64,000 nucleotides of DNA from an uncultured bacterium (GTDB lineage Bacteria; Cyanobacteriota; Vampirovibrionia; Gastranaerophilales; Gastranaerophilaceae): assembly GCA_949299935.1 (NCBI GenBank), contig CASGCE010000031.1, positions 47,643-111,642 of the forward strand, written 5' to 3'. Position 1 is the stretch's first letter. Every line of letters begins with the position of its first letter. The position numbers were made by a program, and so were the translations under genes. Under the pieces are notes generated by a model that saw nothing but the letters and a program-made list of their open reading frames with translations, had not been told where the DNA came from and did not search any database. This document shows positions 55,868 through 64,000 of this stretch, piece by piece.

Positions 55868-56821
55868 ATGACAATATTGGATGTCAAAAATTTGAACTTG
55901 GGCTTTAATTGCGAAAACGGATTTAAACAAGCATTATATAACGTAAGTTTTTCACTGGATAAAGGTAAAATGTTTGCGCTGGTAGGTGAATCCGGTTGCG
56001 GTAAAACAATCAGCGCAATGAGCATTTTGCAATTGCTACCCAAAACCGCAAAAATAACCGGTGGTGAAATTATTTATGACGGAAAAAATATTTTGAACTG
56101 TACGCGAAAAGAGATGCAAAAAATTCGCGGAGCGAAAATAGCCTTGATACCACAGGACCCTATGACATCATTAAATCCTCTATATACTGTAGGAGATCAA
56201 TTGCTTGAGGTTTTAAAAATCCACCAAAACCTTGAAGGTAAAGAAGCCTTCAATAAGGCAGTAGACGCATTTGAGATGGTACAAATTCCATGTCCGAAAA
56301 TAAGACTAAAATCATATCCACATGAATTTTCCGGTGGGATGAAACAACGTGCCATTATAGCAATGGCACTCTGTTGTAATGCCGAAATATTAATTGCAGA
56401 TGAACCGACTACCGCACTTGATGTTACAATTCAAGCTCAAATTATGAATATTTTGAAAAAAATTAAGGAGCAAATGAAAACTGCTATACTTTTAATTACT
56501 CACGACCTGGCACTCGTTGGTGAAAATGCCGATGAAGTTTCTGTTATGTATGCCGGCAGAATAATCGAAAATGCACCCGCAAACGAATTTTTTCAAACAC
56601 CGAACCATCCCTATTCAATAGCCCTTTTGAATGCATTACCTTCTAATAAAAATAAACTTCTGGAAACAATCCAAGGGCACCCGCCATCTATACACCAGAT
56701 AATCCACGGCTGTAAATTCCATCCGAGATGCAACTATTGTATGGATATTTGTAAACAAGAGGTTCCTCAAATGTTTATAATCGAACAAAAACACCATTCT
56801 GCATGTTTTCTAAATAAATAA
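55868..56821 (+). CDS. ABC transporter ATP-binding protein, oligopeptide/dipeptide (OppD/DppD) type
   Basis: Walker A GESGCGKT, signature FSGGMKQR, Walker B LIADEPTTALD, and a C-terminal Cys-containing oligopeptide-type tail (HPYS...CKFHPRC..C). Start taken at the ATG at 55868. Confidence 0.85.
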   Translation: MTILDVKNLNLGFNCENGFKQALYNVSFSLDKGKMFALVGESGCGKTISAMSILQLLPKTAKITGGEIIYDGKNILNCTRKEMQKIRGAKIALIPQDPMTSLNPLYTVGDQLLEVLKIHQNLEGKEAFNKAVDAFEMVQIPCPKIRLKSYPHEFSGGMKQRAIIAMALCCNAEILIADEPTTALDVTIQAQIMNILKKIKEQMKTAILLITHDLALVGENADEVSVMYAGRIIENAPANEFFQTPNHPYSIALLNALPSNKNKLLETIQGHPPSIHQIIHGCKFHPRCNYCMDICKQEVPQMFIIEQKHHSACFLNK

Positions 56822-56845
56822 TTTGGATTGTTATATAATATAAAT

Positions 56846-57802
56846 ATGACAATATATTTCTATTATGGCGATGAAGAATTTAATATTGAACAGGAAGTTA
56901 ATAAGTTGAAAAAAAATCTCGATAAAGATTTTTCCGATTTGAACTTCAAAACTTTTGACAATCCGAAATTTACGGATTTAATCCCGATACTCAGAACTCA
57001 ACCTATGATGTTCGGTAAAATGCTGGTGATTATTAAATCAAATGAGTACTTTAACAGAACGTTTGATGATACGGAAATTAAACAAATCGAAGAAGCACTC
57101 GACAATAATAACGAAAACCTTGATATAGTGTTTTTGGCTGAACTTCCCCGCAATGACGGTAAAAAATTGGACAGCAGAAAGAAATTTTTTAAATTGCTTT
57201 CAAAATATAATTCAAAAGAGTTTTTGTCAATTCCTGTCTACAAAACAGCTGAGCTCGAAAACTGGATAAGAAAACAGGCAAAATTAAAAAAATTGGAAAT
57301 TTCATCCGATGCAGCTTCTTCAATGATTAATCAGATAGGTAATAACTTAAGACAACTTGATGGTGAACTGGAAAAGCTGAAACTTTTTATTCACCCTGAA
57401 AAACAAATTACTACAGAAATGGTTAAAGAATTTTGTATTTCTAATGAAGATTTGTTCGCATTTTCCGATTATTTGATGCAGAATGAAAAAGATAAGGCTG
57501 TTTTGGAATATAGAAAACTGCTTGAAAAAAGAACCTGCCTTGAAATTGTTGCAGCATTGCAAACAATGCTGAGAAAATGGATTATGCTGAAGGCAAAAGC
57601 TTTTGAATACTCCTTTTTTGAACTTGCAAAGCTTACCGGTCAACACGAATATGTCATAAAACTTAACCTCCAAAAACTTAAAAATACAAGCCTTGCAGAT
57701 TTGATTAAACTGAAACAAAATTTAACCGATGCTGAATTTAAAATAAAATCAGGTCAGTCTTTGTCTCCGGAAAAAGAGGTGGAAAATGTCTTGTTTAAAT
57801 AA
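56846..57802 (+). CDS. holA: DNA polymerase III delta subunit
   Basis: About 318 aa. YFYYGDEEF N-terminus and the overall HolA-like pattern (LRQLDGELEKL). Adjacent to a delta-prime-like gene. Confidence 0.72.
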   Translation: MTIYFYYGDEEFNIEQEVNKLKKNLDKDFSDLNFKTFDNPKFTDLIPILRTQPMMFGKMLVIIKSNEYFNRTFDDTEIKQIEEALDNNNENLDIVFLAELPRNDGKKLDSRKKFFKLLSKYNSKEFLSIPVYKTAELENWIRKQAKLKKLEISSDAASSMINQIGNNLRQLDGELEKLKLFIHPEKQITTEMVKEFCISNEDLFAFSDYLMQNEKDKAVLEYRKLLEKRTCLEIVAALQTMLRKWIMLKAKAFEYSFFELAKLTGQHEYVIKLNLQKLKNTSLADLIKLKQNLTDAEFKIKSGQSLSPEKEVENVLFK

Positions 57803-58649
57803 AGATTATCCGTTTTTGCTTGATTATTTTACAAAAGGAATTGAAAATCCCGAAAAGAGTATCTCTCACTGTATACTGTTTTGGGGAAACGATATTGATG
57901 CACAGTATGAGATTGCTATCGAGATTGCAAGAATTTTAAATTGTAAAAATAATGCCGAAACAGATTGTAATTGCTTGAATTGCACCTGGATAAGAAATAA
58001 CTCCCACCCCGCTGTCTTAACTTATTCAAAAATTGACAACAAACCATCTGATGATGATTCGAAAACTATGTTTTCAATCTCACAGGCAAGAATGATTAAA
58101 AATAACCTCGCTGTTACGTCAGATTATCACAGAATTTTGATATTCTGCGATAAAGACTCGGAAGGTAAACCGGGCGGGCTTAATTTTTCAAACTTTTCAA
58201 CAGATGCGGCAAATGCCTTATTGAAAACTTTTGAAGAACCTCCAGCAAATACAACTTTCTTCTTTCTTACAAATGATATTTCTGATATGATTCCTACCAT
58301 AGTTTCACGCTCACAATGCTTTTTCGTACCATCTAAAAAAATTGAACCCCAAAATTTTGAATTGGTTAAAAATGTTATGCAAAATTATTTGGAATTGGAT
58401 AAAGCTGATGTCTTCGATTTTAATGAAAAAATTTTAAATCTTACTAAAGAAACTCCTCCGGAAAAAATTTTCGTGCAAATGCAAAATTATTTGGTTAATT
58501 TCTTGAAAATTAACCTCAAAAATAAACAGCTCGAATCTAAACTTTTGCATGATATTAAGATGATTGAAAAAGCTAAAAAAGAATTGAAACTTAATATGAA
58601 TATACAAACAATTATCGAAAATCTTGCCTTTGAACTTGTTTTATATTGA
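57786..58649 (+). CDS. holB: DNA polymerase III delta-prime subunit-like clamp-loader protein
   Basis: SHCILFWGN..., Cys cluster CNCLNCTWI...HP, and ALLKTFEEPPANTTFFFLT (the LLKtLEEPP motif), SRSQ. Confidence 0.7.
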   Translation: MSCLNKDYPFLLDYFTKGIENPEKSISHCILFWGNDIDAQYEIAIEIARILNCKNNAETDCNCLNCTWIRNNSHPAVLTYSKIDNKPSDDDSKTMFSISQARMIKNNLAVTSDYHRILIFCDKDSEGKPGGLNFSNFSTDAANALLKTFEEPPANTTFFFLTNDISDMIPTIVSRSQCFFVPSKKIEPQNFELVKNVMQNYLELDKADVFDFNEKILNLTKETPPEKIFVQMQNYLVNFLKINLKNKQLESKLLHDIKMIEKAKKELKLNMNIQTIIENLAFELVLY

Positions 58650-58697
58650 ATTATTTAACAAATTGCAACTAAATATGCTGTCTAATATAATATAATT

Positions 58698-60353
58698 ATG
58701 AAAAGGTTTAGCTTCTTAAATCAATTTCCCGATTCAGTTATTGTAACCGATAAACTAGGTAATATCGTTTTCCAGAACAATGCCTTTAAACGTCGATTTC
58801 ATAATTTTTCGGATTTGAAAAAATTTTCACATTATACAAATTTTGATATTTGCCCCCTTAATAGTGAAAATATAGAAATTTATTCACCAATATATCATGC
58901 GTTAAATTCAAAAGAGGATTTTTTTGCATACGTTACTTTTGAATTTTCTCCAAGTAATATTCTTTATTTTAACCTTATGGCAATAAAAAAGAAAAAATAT
59001 ACCGTAATATTTTTGACAGATGTAACAGCTGAAAATGAATTGGAAAATTATAAACTGCAAAAAGAAAAATTGCAGCAAAAATATAACCGGCTTGAAGAAG
59101 AAAATCAGGATCTGCAAAAAATTCGACAAAAAGCTCAATCTCAAGCTATACGCATAGCCTTGATTAATAAAATGTCTAACATAATAAGAGAATCAATGGA
59201 TATATCGAAAATTTTAAATTCAGCTCTTTCTGAACTGGCAATAATGTTTGGAGCTTATGAAGTGTATTATGCTTCAAATCTTGATAATGTTTTGACTGTA
59301 AAAGAAATATACGGAAACAAAAATAAAAAAAATATTCAAATAAAATTTGATGAAAATACCTATAATCAGCTAACTTCCGGTGATATATCCGTAAGCCATT
59401 GTTTGATTGAATATATAGGGGCAAAACCGTTTAAACAACCCGTGATGCGAATAATTGTTCCTATTTTCCATATGCAAAAATTAATAGGAATTATAGTTCT
59501 TTTAAGCTATCAAAAACGTGAATTAAATGAAGAATTAGAAATTTTAGAGGCAATTTCTTCCCAGCTTGGTAACGCAATAATAAGAGCTGAACTCTACCAG
59601 AATAACATCAAAACAGTTAATGAGCTAAAAAATACGTTAAAAGAACTTAAAGAAACACAAATTCAATTGATAAATTCCGAAAAAATGGCATCTTTGGGAC
59701 AATTAATCGCAGGTGTAGCACACGAGATTAATACCCCCATCGCTTCAATTAAATCAAATAATACCATACTTAACAAATTTATCCCCAGAATTAAAGATAC
59801 CGAAATAGCTGATATGTTAAAGGAAATTAATGAGATTGATTATGAAGCGATTCAGCGGATAAGTAATATTGTAACTTCACTCAAAAAATTTGTTCGGTTA
59901 GATGAAGCAGAACTTCAACAGGCAGATATTAATAGGGAAATTGACTTAACTTTAGATTTGATACGCCATGAAACAAAAAATCGAATAGAAATAAAAAAAC
60001 ATTACGGAAATATTCCGCTTATAAAGTGCTATCCGAATATGCTAAATCAAGTTTTCACCAATATTTTGATTAATGCATGTCAAGCAATTTCAGGTAAAGG
60101 TAAAATAGAAATTACAACTAAATATGCAAACAAGAAACTTACCGTAAAAATAAAAGATAACGGAAAAGGAATAGCCAAAGATCAGCTTAGCAAGATATTT
60201 ACAGCCGGATATACAACAAAAGGAGCAGGTATAGGAACAGGTCTTGGTTTGGCAATATGTACAAAAATTATTGAGCGTCACAACGGTGAAATATTGGTAA
60301 ACAGTGAGCTTGGGCAGGGGAGCGAATTTATTATTACTATCTGTAGTGAGTAG
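58698..60353 (+). CDS. Sensor histidine kinase (PAS-like, coiled coil, GAF-like, HisKA, HATPase_c)
   Basis: H-box GVAHEINTPIASI, N-box NILINACQA, G-boxes DNGKGI and GTGLGLAIC. No response regulator is adjacent. Confidence 0.88.
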   Translation: MKRFSFLNQFPDSVIVTDKLGNIVFQNNAFKRRFHNFSDLKKFSHYTNFDICPLNSENIEIYSPIYHALNSKEDFFAYVTFEFSPSNILYFNLMAIKKKKYTVIFLTDVTAENELENYKLQKEKLQQKYNRLEEENQDLQKIRQKAQSQAIRIALINKMSNIIRESMDISKILNSALSELAIMFGAYEVYYASNLDNVLTVKEIYGNKNKKNIQIKFDENTYNQLTSGDISVSHCLIEYIGAKPFKQPVMRIIVPIFHMQKLIGIIVLLSYQKRELNEELEILEAISSQLGNAIIRAELYQNNIKTVNELKNTLKELKETQIQLINSEKMASLGQLIAGVAHEINTPIASIKSNNTILNKFIPRIKDTEIADMLKEINEIDYEAIQRISNIVTSLKKFVRLDEAELQQADINREIDLTLDLIRHETKNRIEIKKHYGNIPLIKCYPNMLNQVFTNILINACQAISGKGKIEITTKYANKKLTVKIKDNGKGIAKDQLSKIFTAGYTTKGAGIGTGLGLAICTKIIERHNGEILVNSELGQGSEFIITICSE

Positions 60354-60656
60354 TATTGTGTTAAGTTTTGTAACACGAAATACACCGCTATTACTTTATT
60401 ATACGTAAGTTTTAAAAAACAATCTTTATAATTTTGAAAATAATACATTTAACCCAAGAAATTGTTCAAAAAATATGTTATATTGTAAATATAAAGTGTG
60501 AGTGTTACCCTTATTATTTTCTCACAGCAGGTAGACATCGTAAAAGGAATTGTTACAGAAAATTAAGTAAAAAGTTACAAAAAAAGCAATTAAATTCAAC
60601 ACGAATTTTTTATATTAAATGTAGGTGTGAATTTATTACTTTAGTGTCGGAGGAAA

Positions 60657-61517
60657 ATGATGACAATTAGTGTGAACAGCAAGAAAAAACAGGTAAAAAA
60701 GACATTTGATGAATTATTGATGGATTTGAAAACAAGCAATTCAGAAAAAATAAGATACAATGCAGCACGAATATTAGGTGAGATGGGTGATTCAAAAGCA
60801 GTTGAACCGTTAATTGATGTATTGAAACATGATAAAAACGGATCAGTAAGATTATACGCAGCACGTGCTTTGGGTGAGCTTGGCGATTCAAAGGCAACAA
60901 TACATTTAATAGAATCCTTACGTGAGGACAGAAATGTTGATGTAAGAGTTCGTGCAGCAAGAGCATTAGGCAGGTTAGGCGGCGAAATTGTTGTCGAACC
61001 GCTTGTTGAGGCTTTAAATGATGAAAATCCTCAAGTATGTATTACGGCAACAGATGCTTTGATTGAGATTGGAGATGTTGCAACAGATGCTTTAATTGAA
61101 TCACTTGACCACGAAAAAGTTAACGTAAGATGTGACGCAACCCGTGCTCTCGGTGAAATTGGTAACAAAAAGGCTGTTGATAAGGTTATTAACATGCTAT
61201 ATGATGAATGGGTTAACGTAAGAATTTATGCAGTAACATCATTGGGAAAATTAAATGATACAAAAGCAGTTCCGGCGTTAATTGATGTAATGAAAAATAG
61301 AAGTGAAAATGAACTGGTAAGAGCCGGTGCTGCCGCTGCATTAGGCGTCTTGAGAGATCAAAGAGCATTACTTCCTTTAAGAGAATTAATTATGGAAGCT
61401 GAAGAATTAGGTGAATTAGAAGATACCGCATTGAAATCTTTCAAGAAGATTATGGCTGCAAACTGGCAGTCTATACCGGGTGCTACGGCTCAGAAGAAAC
61501 CTGTTGCTGCTTTTTAA
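60657..61517 (+). CDS. HEAT-repeat protein (PBS lyase HEAT-like repeats)
   Basis: Repeated VR..AA.ALGE.GD.KAV.PLI units throughout. The start could instead be the second ATG at 60660. Confidence 0.85.
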   Translation: MMTISVNSKKKQVKKTFDELLMDLKTSNSEKIRYNAARILGEMGDSKAVEPLIDVLKHDKNGSVRLYAARALGELGDSKATIHLIESLREDRNVDVRVRAARALGRLGGEIVVEPLVEALNDENPQVCITATDALIEIGDVATDALIESLDHEKVNVRCDATRALGEIGNKKAVDKVINMLYDEWVNVRIYAVTSLGKLNDTKAVPALIDVMKNRSENELVRAGAAAALGVLRDQRALLPLRELIMEAEELGELEDTALKSFKKIMAANWQSIPGATAQKKPVAAF

Positions 61518-61536
61518 AATTTCAGATTGAAGAAAT

Positions 61537-61572
61537 AAAAAACGTCCTTAAATTATTAAGGACGTTTTTTTT
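61537..61572 (+). terminator. Rho-independent terminator after the HEAT-repeat gene
   Basis: AACGTCCTTAA-ATTA-TTAAGGACGTT followed by TTTTTT. Confidence 0.85.
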
Positions 61573-61628
61573 CAATATAGTAAAACCGGACAATTTTATT
61601 TTTTGGGAATTTTTACAATAATTTTTTT

Positions 61629-62018
61629 ATGCAAGATTCACTGTGGTACTATTCATTAAATAAATCTCCTATTACACCACCGGCAGAAGTTTTCCCGGTT
61701 GTATGGAGTATAATTTATTTGATGATAGCTATATCTTTATTCTTATATGTCAAAGATGGTTTTAAGCAGGAAAAAATTGTACCCTTGGCAGTATTTAGTA
61801 TTCAAATAATTCTAAATCTTTTATGGTCACCTGTATTTTTCGATTCTCACGATATAAAATTAGCTTTTATCATAATTATTTTTCTTATAATTTCAGTTTT
61901 AGTAAACATTGTACTTTTTCATAAAGCATCAAAAATTGCCGCCTATCTTTTAATACCATATTTTCTGTGGTTAATATTTGCAGCATACCTAAACTTTGAA
62001 ATCGTTATTCTAAATTGA
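61629..62018 (+). CDS. tspO: TspO/MBR family protein, short at the N-terminus
   Basis: WYYSLNKSPITPPAEVFPVVWSIIYLMIAIS and PYFLWLIFAAYLN match TspO motifs. At 129 aa it seems to lack the first TM helix. Confidence 0.75.
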   Translation: MQDSLWYYSLNKSPITPPAEVFPVVWSIIYLMIAISLFLYVKDGFKQEKIVPLAVFSIQIILNLLWSPVFFDSHDIKLAFIIIIFLIISVLVNIVLFHKASKIAAYLLIPYFLWLIFAAYLNFEIVILN

Positions 62019-62077
62019 ACTATATTATACATTGGTGTACTAAGCCTAATAAAAATAATTTAAGTTATTTTATTAAA

Positions 62078-63160
62078 TTATTTTTTAAATTTCATTTTTA
62101 TTCCAATTATTGTAATCACTTTATGTTTACTAATTCCCCCAAATTCATCTTCGACTGAAAAAATTGTCTTTAATATTTTTTTGGGTGTAATCTTAAATTC
62201 CTTTAATAAATCTTGTTTTATTTCTCTTCTTACTCTCTCAGAGATTATTTTATATTCTAGTTCTCTCAATAGACCCTCGCTTATCAAATTATCATCAATA
62301 AGTTTTTTCAAATTCTGTATAAAAGTACCATCATTTATATTTGGATTCTTATTTTTATAAGCAAAATAACACCAATGTAAAACACCGGCAGAATATTGAG
62401 GATATAAATTGGGAAACATATTGTGTTTTTGTATACGCTTTTTGAAACTATTTAAAATTTCTTTTAATGGAAGTATATATTTTGAATTATGAGAAATGGA
62501 ATCAGTTCTCATCGTATAATTATATAAAATTTTGTTTACATAACAAATACGCCCAAGAATTCTAACTTCTAAAGAAAAACCGGCATCTTCACCACATGGT
62601 TTAAATTCATCAAACCAGATATCATTTTCAAGCAAAAATTGACGTCTATAAATACGTTTCCAAGGTGCAGCATCAAAGGTCATCAATGTATTTCCAAGAT
62701 CTTTATAATCACAAACACATTTTTGTGGAAGAATGATATTTCTTTTTAAGTATTCATTTTTTTGATATACTTTTTTTATCAATTTTTGATATTCATCCAA
62801 TATTTTGTAATCATATTGAATACAATCTGCATCAAACTTCTCCGCCATAGGAATTGTAAAAATATATATTGCAGGAGAAACAAAATCATCACTATCAACA
62901 AAACTTATATATTGTCCGCGTGCATTTTTAATCCCCATATTTCTAGCTGTACCTGCGCCAGAATTTTTCTGATTTAAAATGCGTATTCTAAAATCCTTTT
63001 GTGCATATTCTTCAAGTATTTTCAAAGAGTTATCTGTTGATCCGTCATTTACACAAATAATTTCTATGTCTTGTAATTTTTGATTTAATAAACTATCCAA
63101 ACATTTTCTCAAAGAATTCTGTGAATTATACACCGGAACTATTACAGATACCTTCGGCAT
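62078..63160 (-). CDS. Glycosyltransferase family 2
   Basis: VSVIVPVYNSQNSLRKCLDSL..Q, CVNDGSTD, FVDSDDF. Confidence 0.88.
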   Translation of the reverse strand: MPKVSVIVPVYNSQNSLRKCLDSLLNQKLQDIEIICVNDGSTDNSLKILEEYAQKDFRIRILNQKNSGAGTARNMGIKNARGQYISFVDSDDFVSPAIYIFTIPMAEKFDADCIQYDYKILDEYQKLIKKVYQKNEYLKRNIILPQKCVCDYKDLGNTLMTFDAAPWKRIYRRQFLLENDIWFDEFKPCGEDAGFSLEVRILGRICYVNKILYNYTMRTDSISHNSKYILPLKEILNSFKKRIQKHNMFPNLYPQYSAGVLHWCYFAYKNKNPNINDGTFIQNLKKLIDDNLISEGLLRELEYKIISERVRREIKQDLLKEFKITPKKILKTIFSVEDEFGGISKHKVITIIGIKMKFKK

Positions 63161-63174
63161 AATTTCTCCTTTAT

Positions 63175-63963
63175 TTATAGTTTTTTAAACACATAAATCG
63201 TAAACTGCCCGTTATATCCCCTTTTAAGCTCCATTTCTTCGGGCTTTAAAGAGCCTTTAACTCCTCCATCATTGTCTAATGTATAAGTATCTTGCCCGTA
63301 TAGTTCCAATAATTCAAAACCCTTGTTTGAAAGCAGGTTAATAAATTCTTCATTGTAGTAGTGTTTAAAATGAAATTTGTTACAAAATTTTTCATGACTC
63401 AATATTGCTTCGTTTGGGGTACTGATTATTAAAAGTTTTAAATCACTATTATTATTAATTGAATCTGACAATAAGTTTAAAAATAGGTCATCATCTTTAA
63501 TATGTTCAATAGATTCCATTGAAATAATGTAATCATATTTGTTTCGTGGTAATTGAAAAGGGAAAATTTTATTATAATAATTTACATCCGTATTTTTATA
63601 GTATTTATTTGCACATTTAATAGCATCTTTTGATGCATCATATGAATCAATATATGTATTCAGACATTCCGAAATTAAGTATGAACCATAGCCATTGCCG
63701 CAAAAAATATCCAGACCATAAAGTTTTTTAAAATTATTTGAATATTTTTTTATAACATTTATAGCCAAATTATATCTGTTCAAATGGTCCTGTCTAATAT
63801 TTTTTAATGTTGTAGCAGTTTGGCGTTCTCCTGATTTCAATGAATAATCTCTTTTTATAGTTCTTTTAAATTTAAAATTTATACCCAAAACAGTTAACAC
63901 TTTATGCGATTTATCATTAGTATTTTTAATTGAAAAGATATTTTTTAATAGTTTGTTCCTCAT
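63175..63963 (-). CDS. Class I SAM-dependent methyltransferase
   Basis: Motif I LDIFCGNGYG and a downstream acidic loop. Adjacent to the GT2 gene. AGGAG RBS upstream of the ATG. Confidence 0.7.
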   Translation of the reverse strand: MRNKLLKNIFSIKNTNDKSHKVLTVLGINFKFKRTIKRDYSLKSGERQTATTLKNIRQDHLNRYNLAINVIKKYSNNFKKLYGLDIFCGNGYGSYLISECLNTYIDSYDASKDAIKCANKYYKNTDVNYYNKIFPFQLPRNKYDYIISMESIEHIKDDDLFLNLLSDSINNNSDLKLLIISTPNEAILSHEKFCNKFHFKHYYNEEFINLLSNKGFELLELYGQDTYTLDNDGGVKGSLKPEEMELKRGYNGQFTIYVFKKL

Positions 63964-64000
63964 AAATTATCTCCTTTAAAATATGCATCACGCAAATTTA

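Noticed and set aside
60434-60670. 78-aa TTG-start ORF upstream of the HEAT-repeat gene.
   Set aside because: It lies in an AT-rich intergenic region. The product is Lys/Cys/Tyr-rich with no RBS, and it overlaps the HEAT gene start. Probably non-coding promoter region.
1-64000. Looked for rRNA, tRNA, transposase or integrase genes, IS inverted repeats and prophage structural genes.
   Set aside because: None recognised by eye. The intergenic regions are short or AT-rich promoter regions, and no GGTTCGAATCC-like tRNA T-arm strings were seen outside coding sequence. A tRNAscan or Infernal run would be needed to be definitive.

Overview
AT-rich (roughly one-third G+C by eye) bacterial chromosomal segment, densely coding on both strands. 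I found no rRNA, tRNA, CRISPR array, transposase or integrase.

Most of the window is housekeeping:
- Envelope and energy transduction: tonB-exbB-exbD-exbD, LPS and lipid A genes (GT9 heptosyltransferase, hldC, lpxD-lpxC-fabZ, and a displaced lpxA).
- Replication and translation: gyrA, priA, rarA, holA/holB, rpsO, hpf, rimI, rsmA, and a type A RNase P RNA.
- Metabolism and stress: ftsH, purB, dxr, ispE, dapB, asd, PPi-dependent PFK, a ROK glucokinase, hsp20, mntP, bioY, a gshA-like ligase.

The gene content suggests an anaerobic diderm. It combines LPS and TonB with [FeFe] hydrogenases, PPi-PFK, PBS-lyase-type HEAT repeats and a plant/cyanobacterial-type GshA. That fits a non-photosynthetic cyanobacterial relative (Melainabacteria/Vampirovibrionia) or another low-GC diderm, but this is only a guess.

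Observations most worth a second look:
1. A type IV pilin-like gene (47201-48084, minus strand) has a good promoter, RBS and ATG, but a G9 homopolymer leaves the pilin body out of frame. This could be a slipped-strand phase switch or an assembly error.
2. An H2-sensing module sits directly upstream of a catalytic [FeFe] hydrogenase: [2Fe-2S] ferredoxin, HydS-like PAS hydrogenase, PP2C phosphatase, second [2Fe-2S] ferredoxin.
3. A corrinoid Fe-S protein pair (AcsD/AcsC-like) follows ftsH, with no CODH/ACS genes in the window.
4. Two tandem XRE paralogues are flanked by four copies of a TTCAT-N4-ATGAA palindrome.
5. A small accessory islet (HepT/MntA toxin-antitoxin, an XRE gene and small paralogous proteins) lies between lpxD-lpxC-fabZ and lpxA.
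6. Also noted: atypical pilin paralogues, a nearly uncharged Gly-rich protein, a degenerate GGDEF protein and an expanded RNase P RNA.

All functional calls rest on motif recognition by eye. No searches or RNA folding were run.
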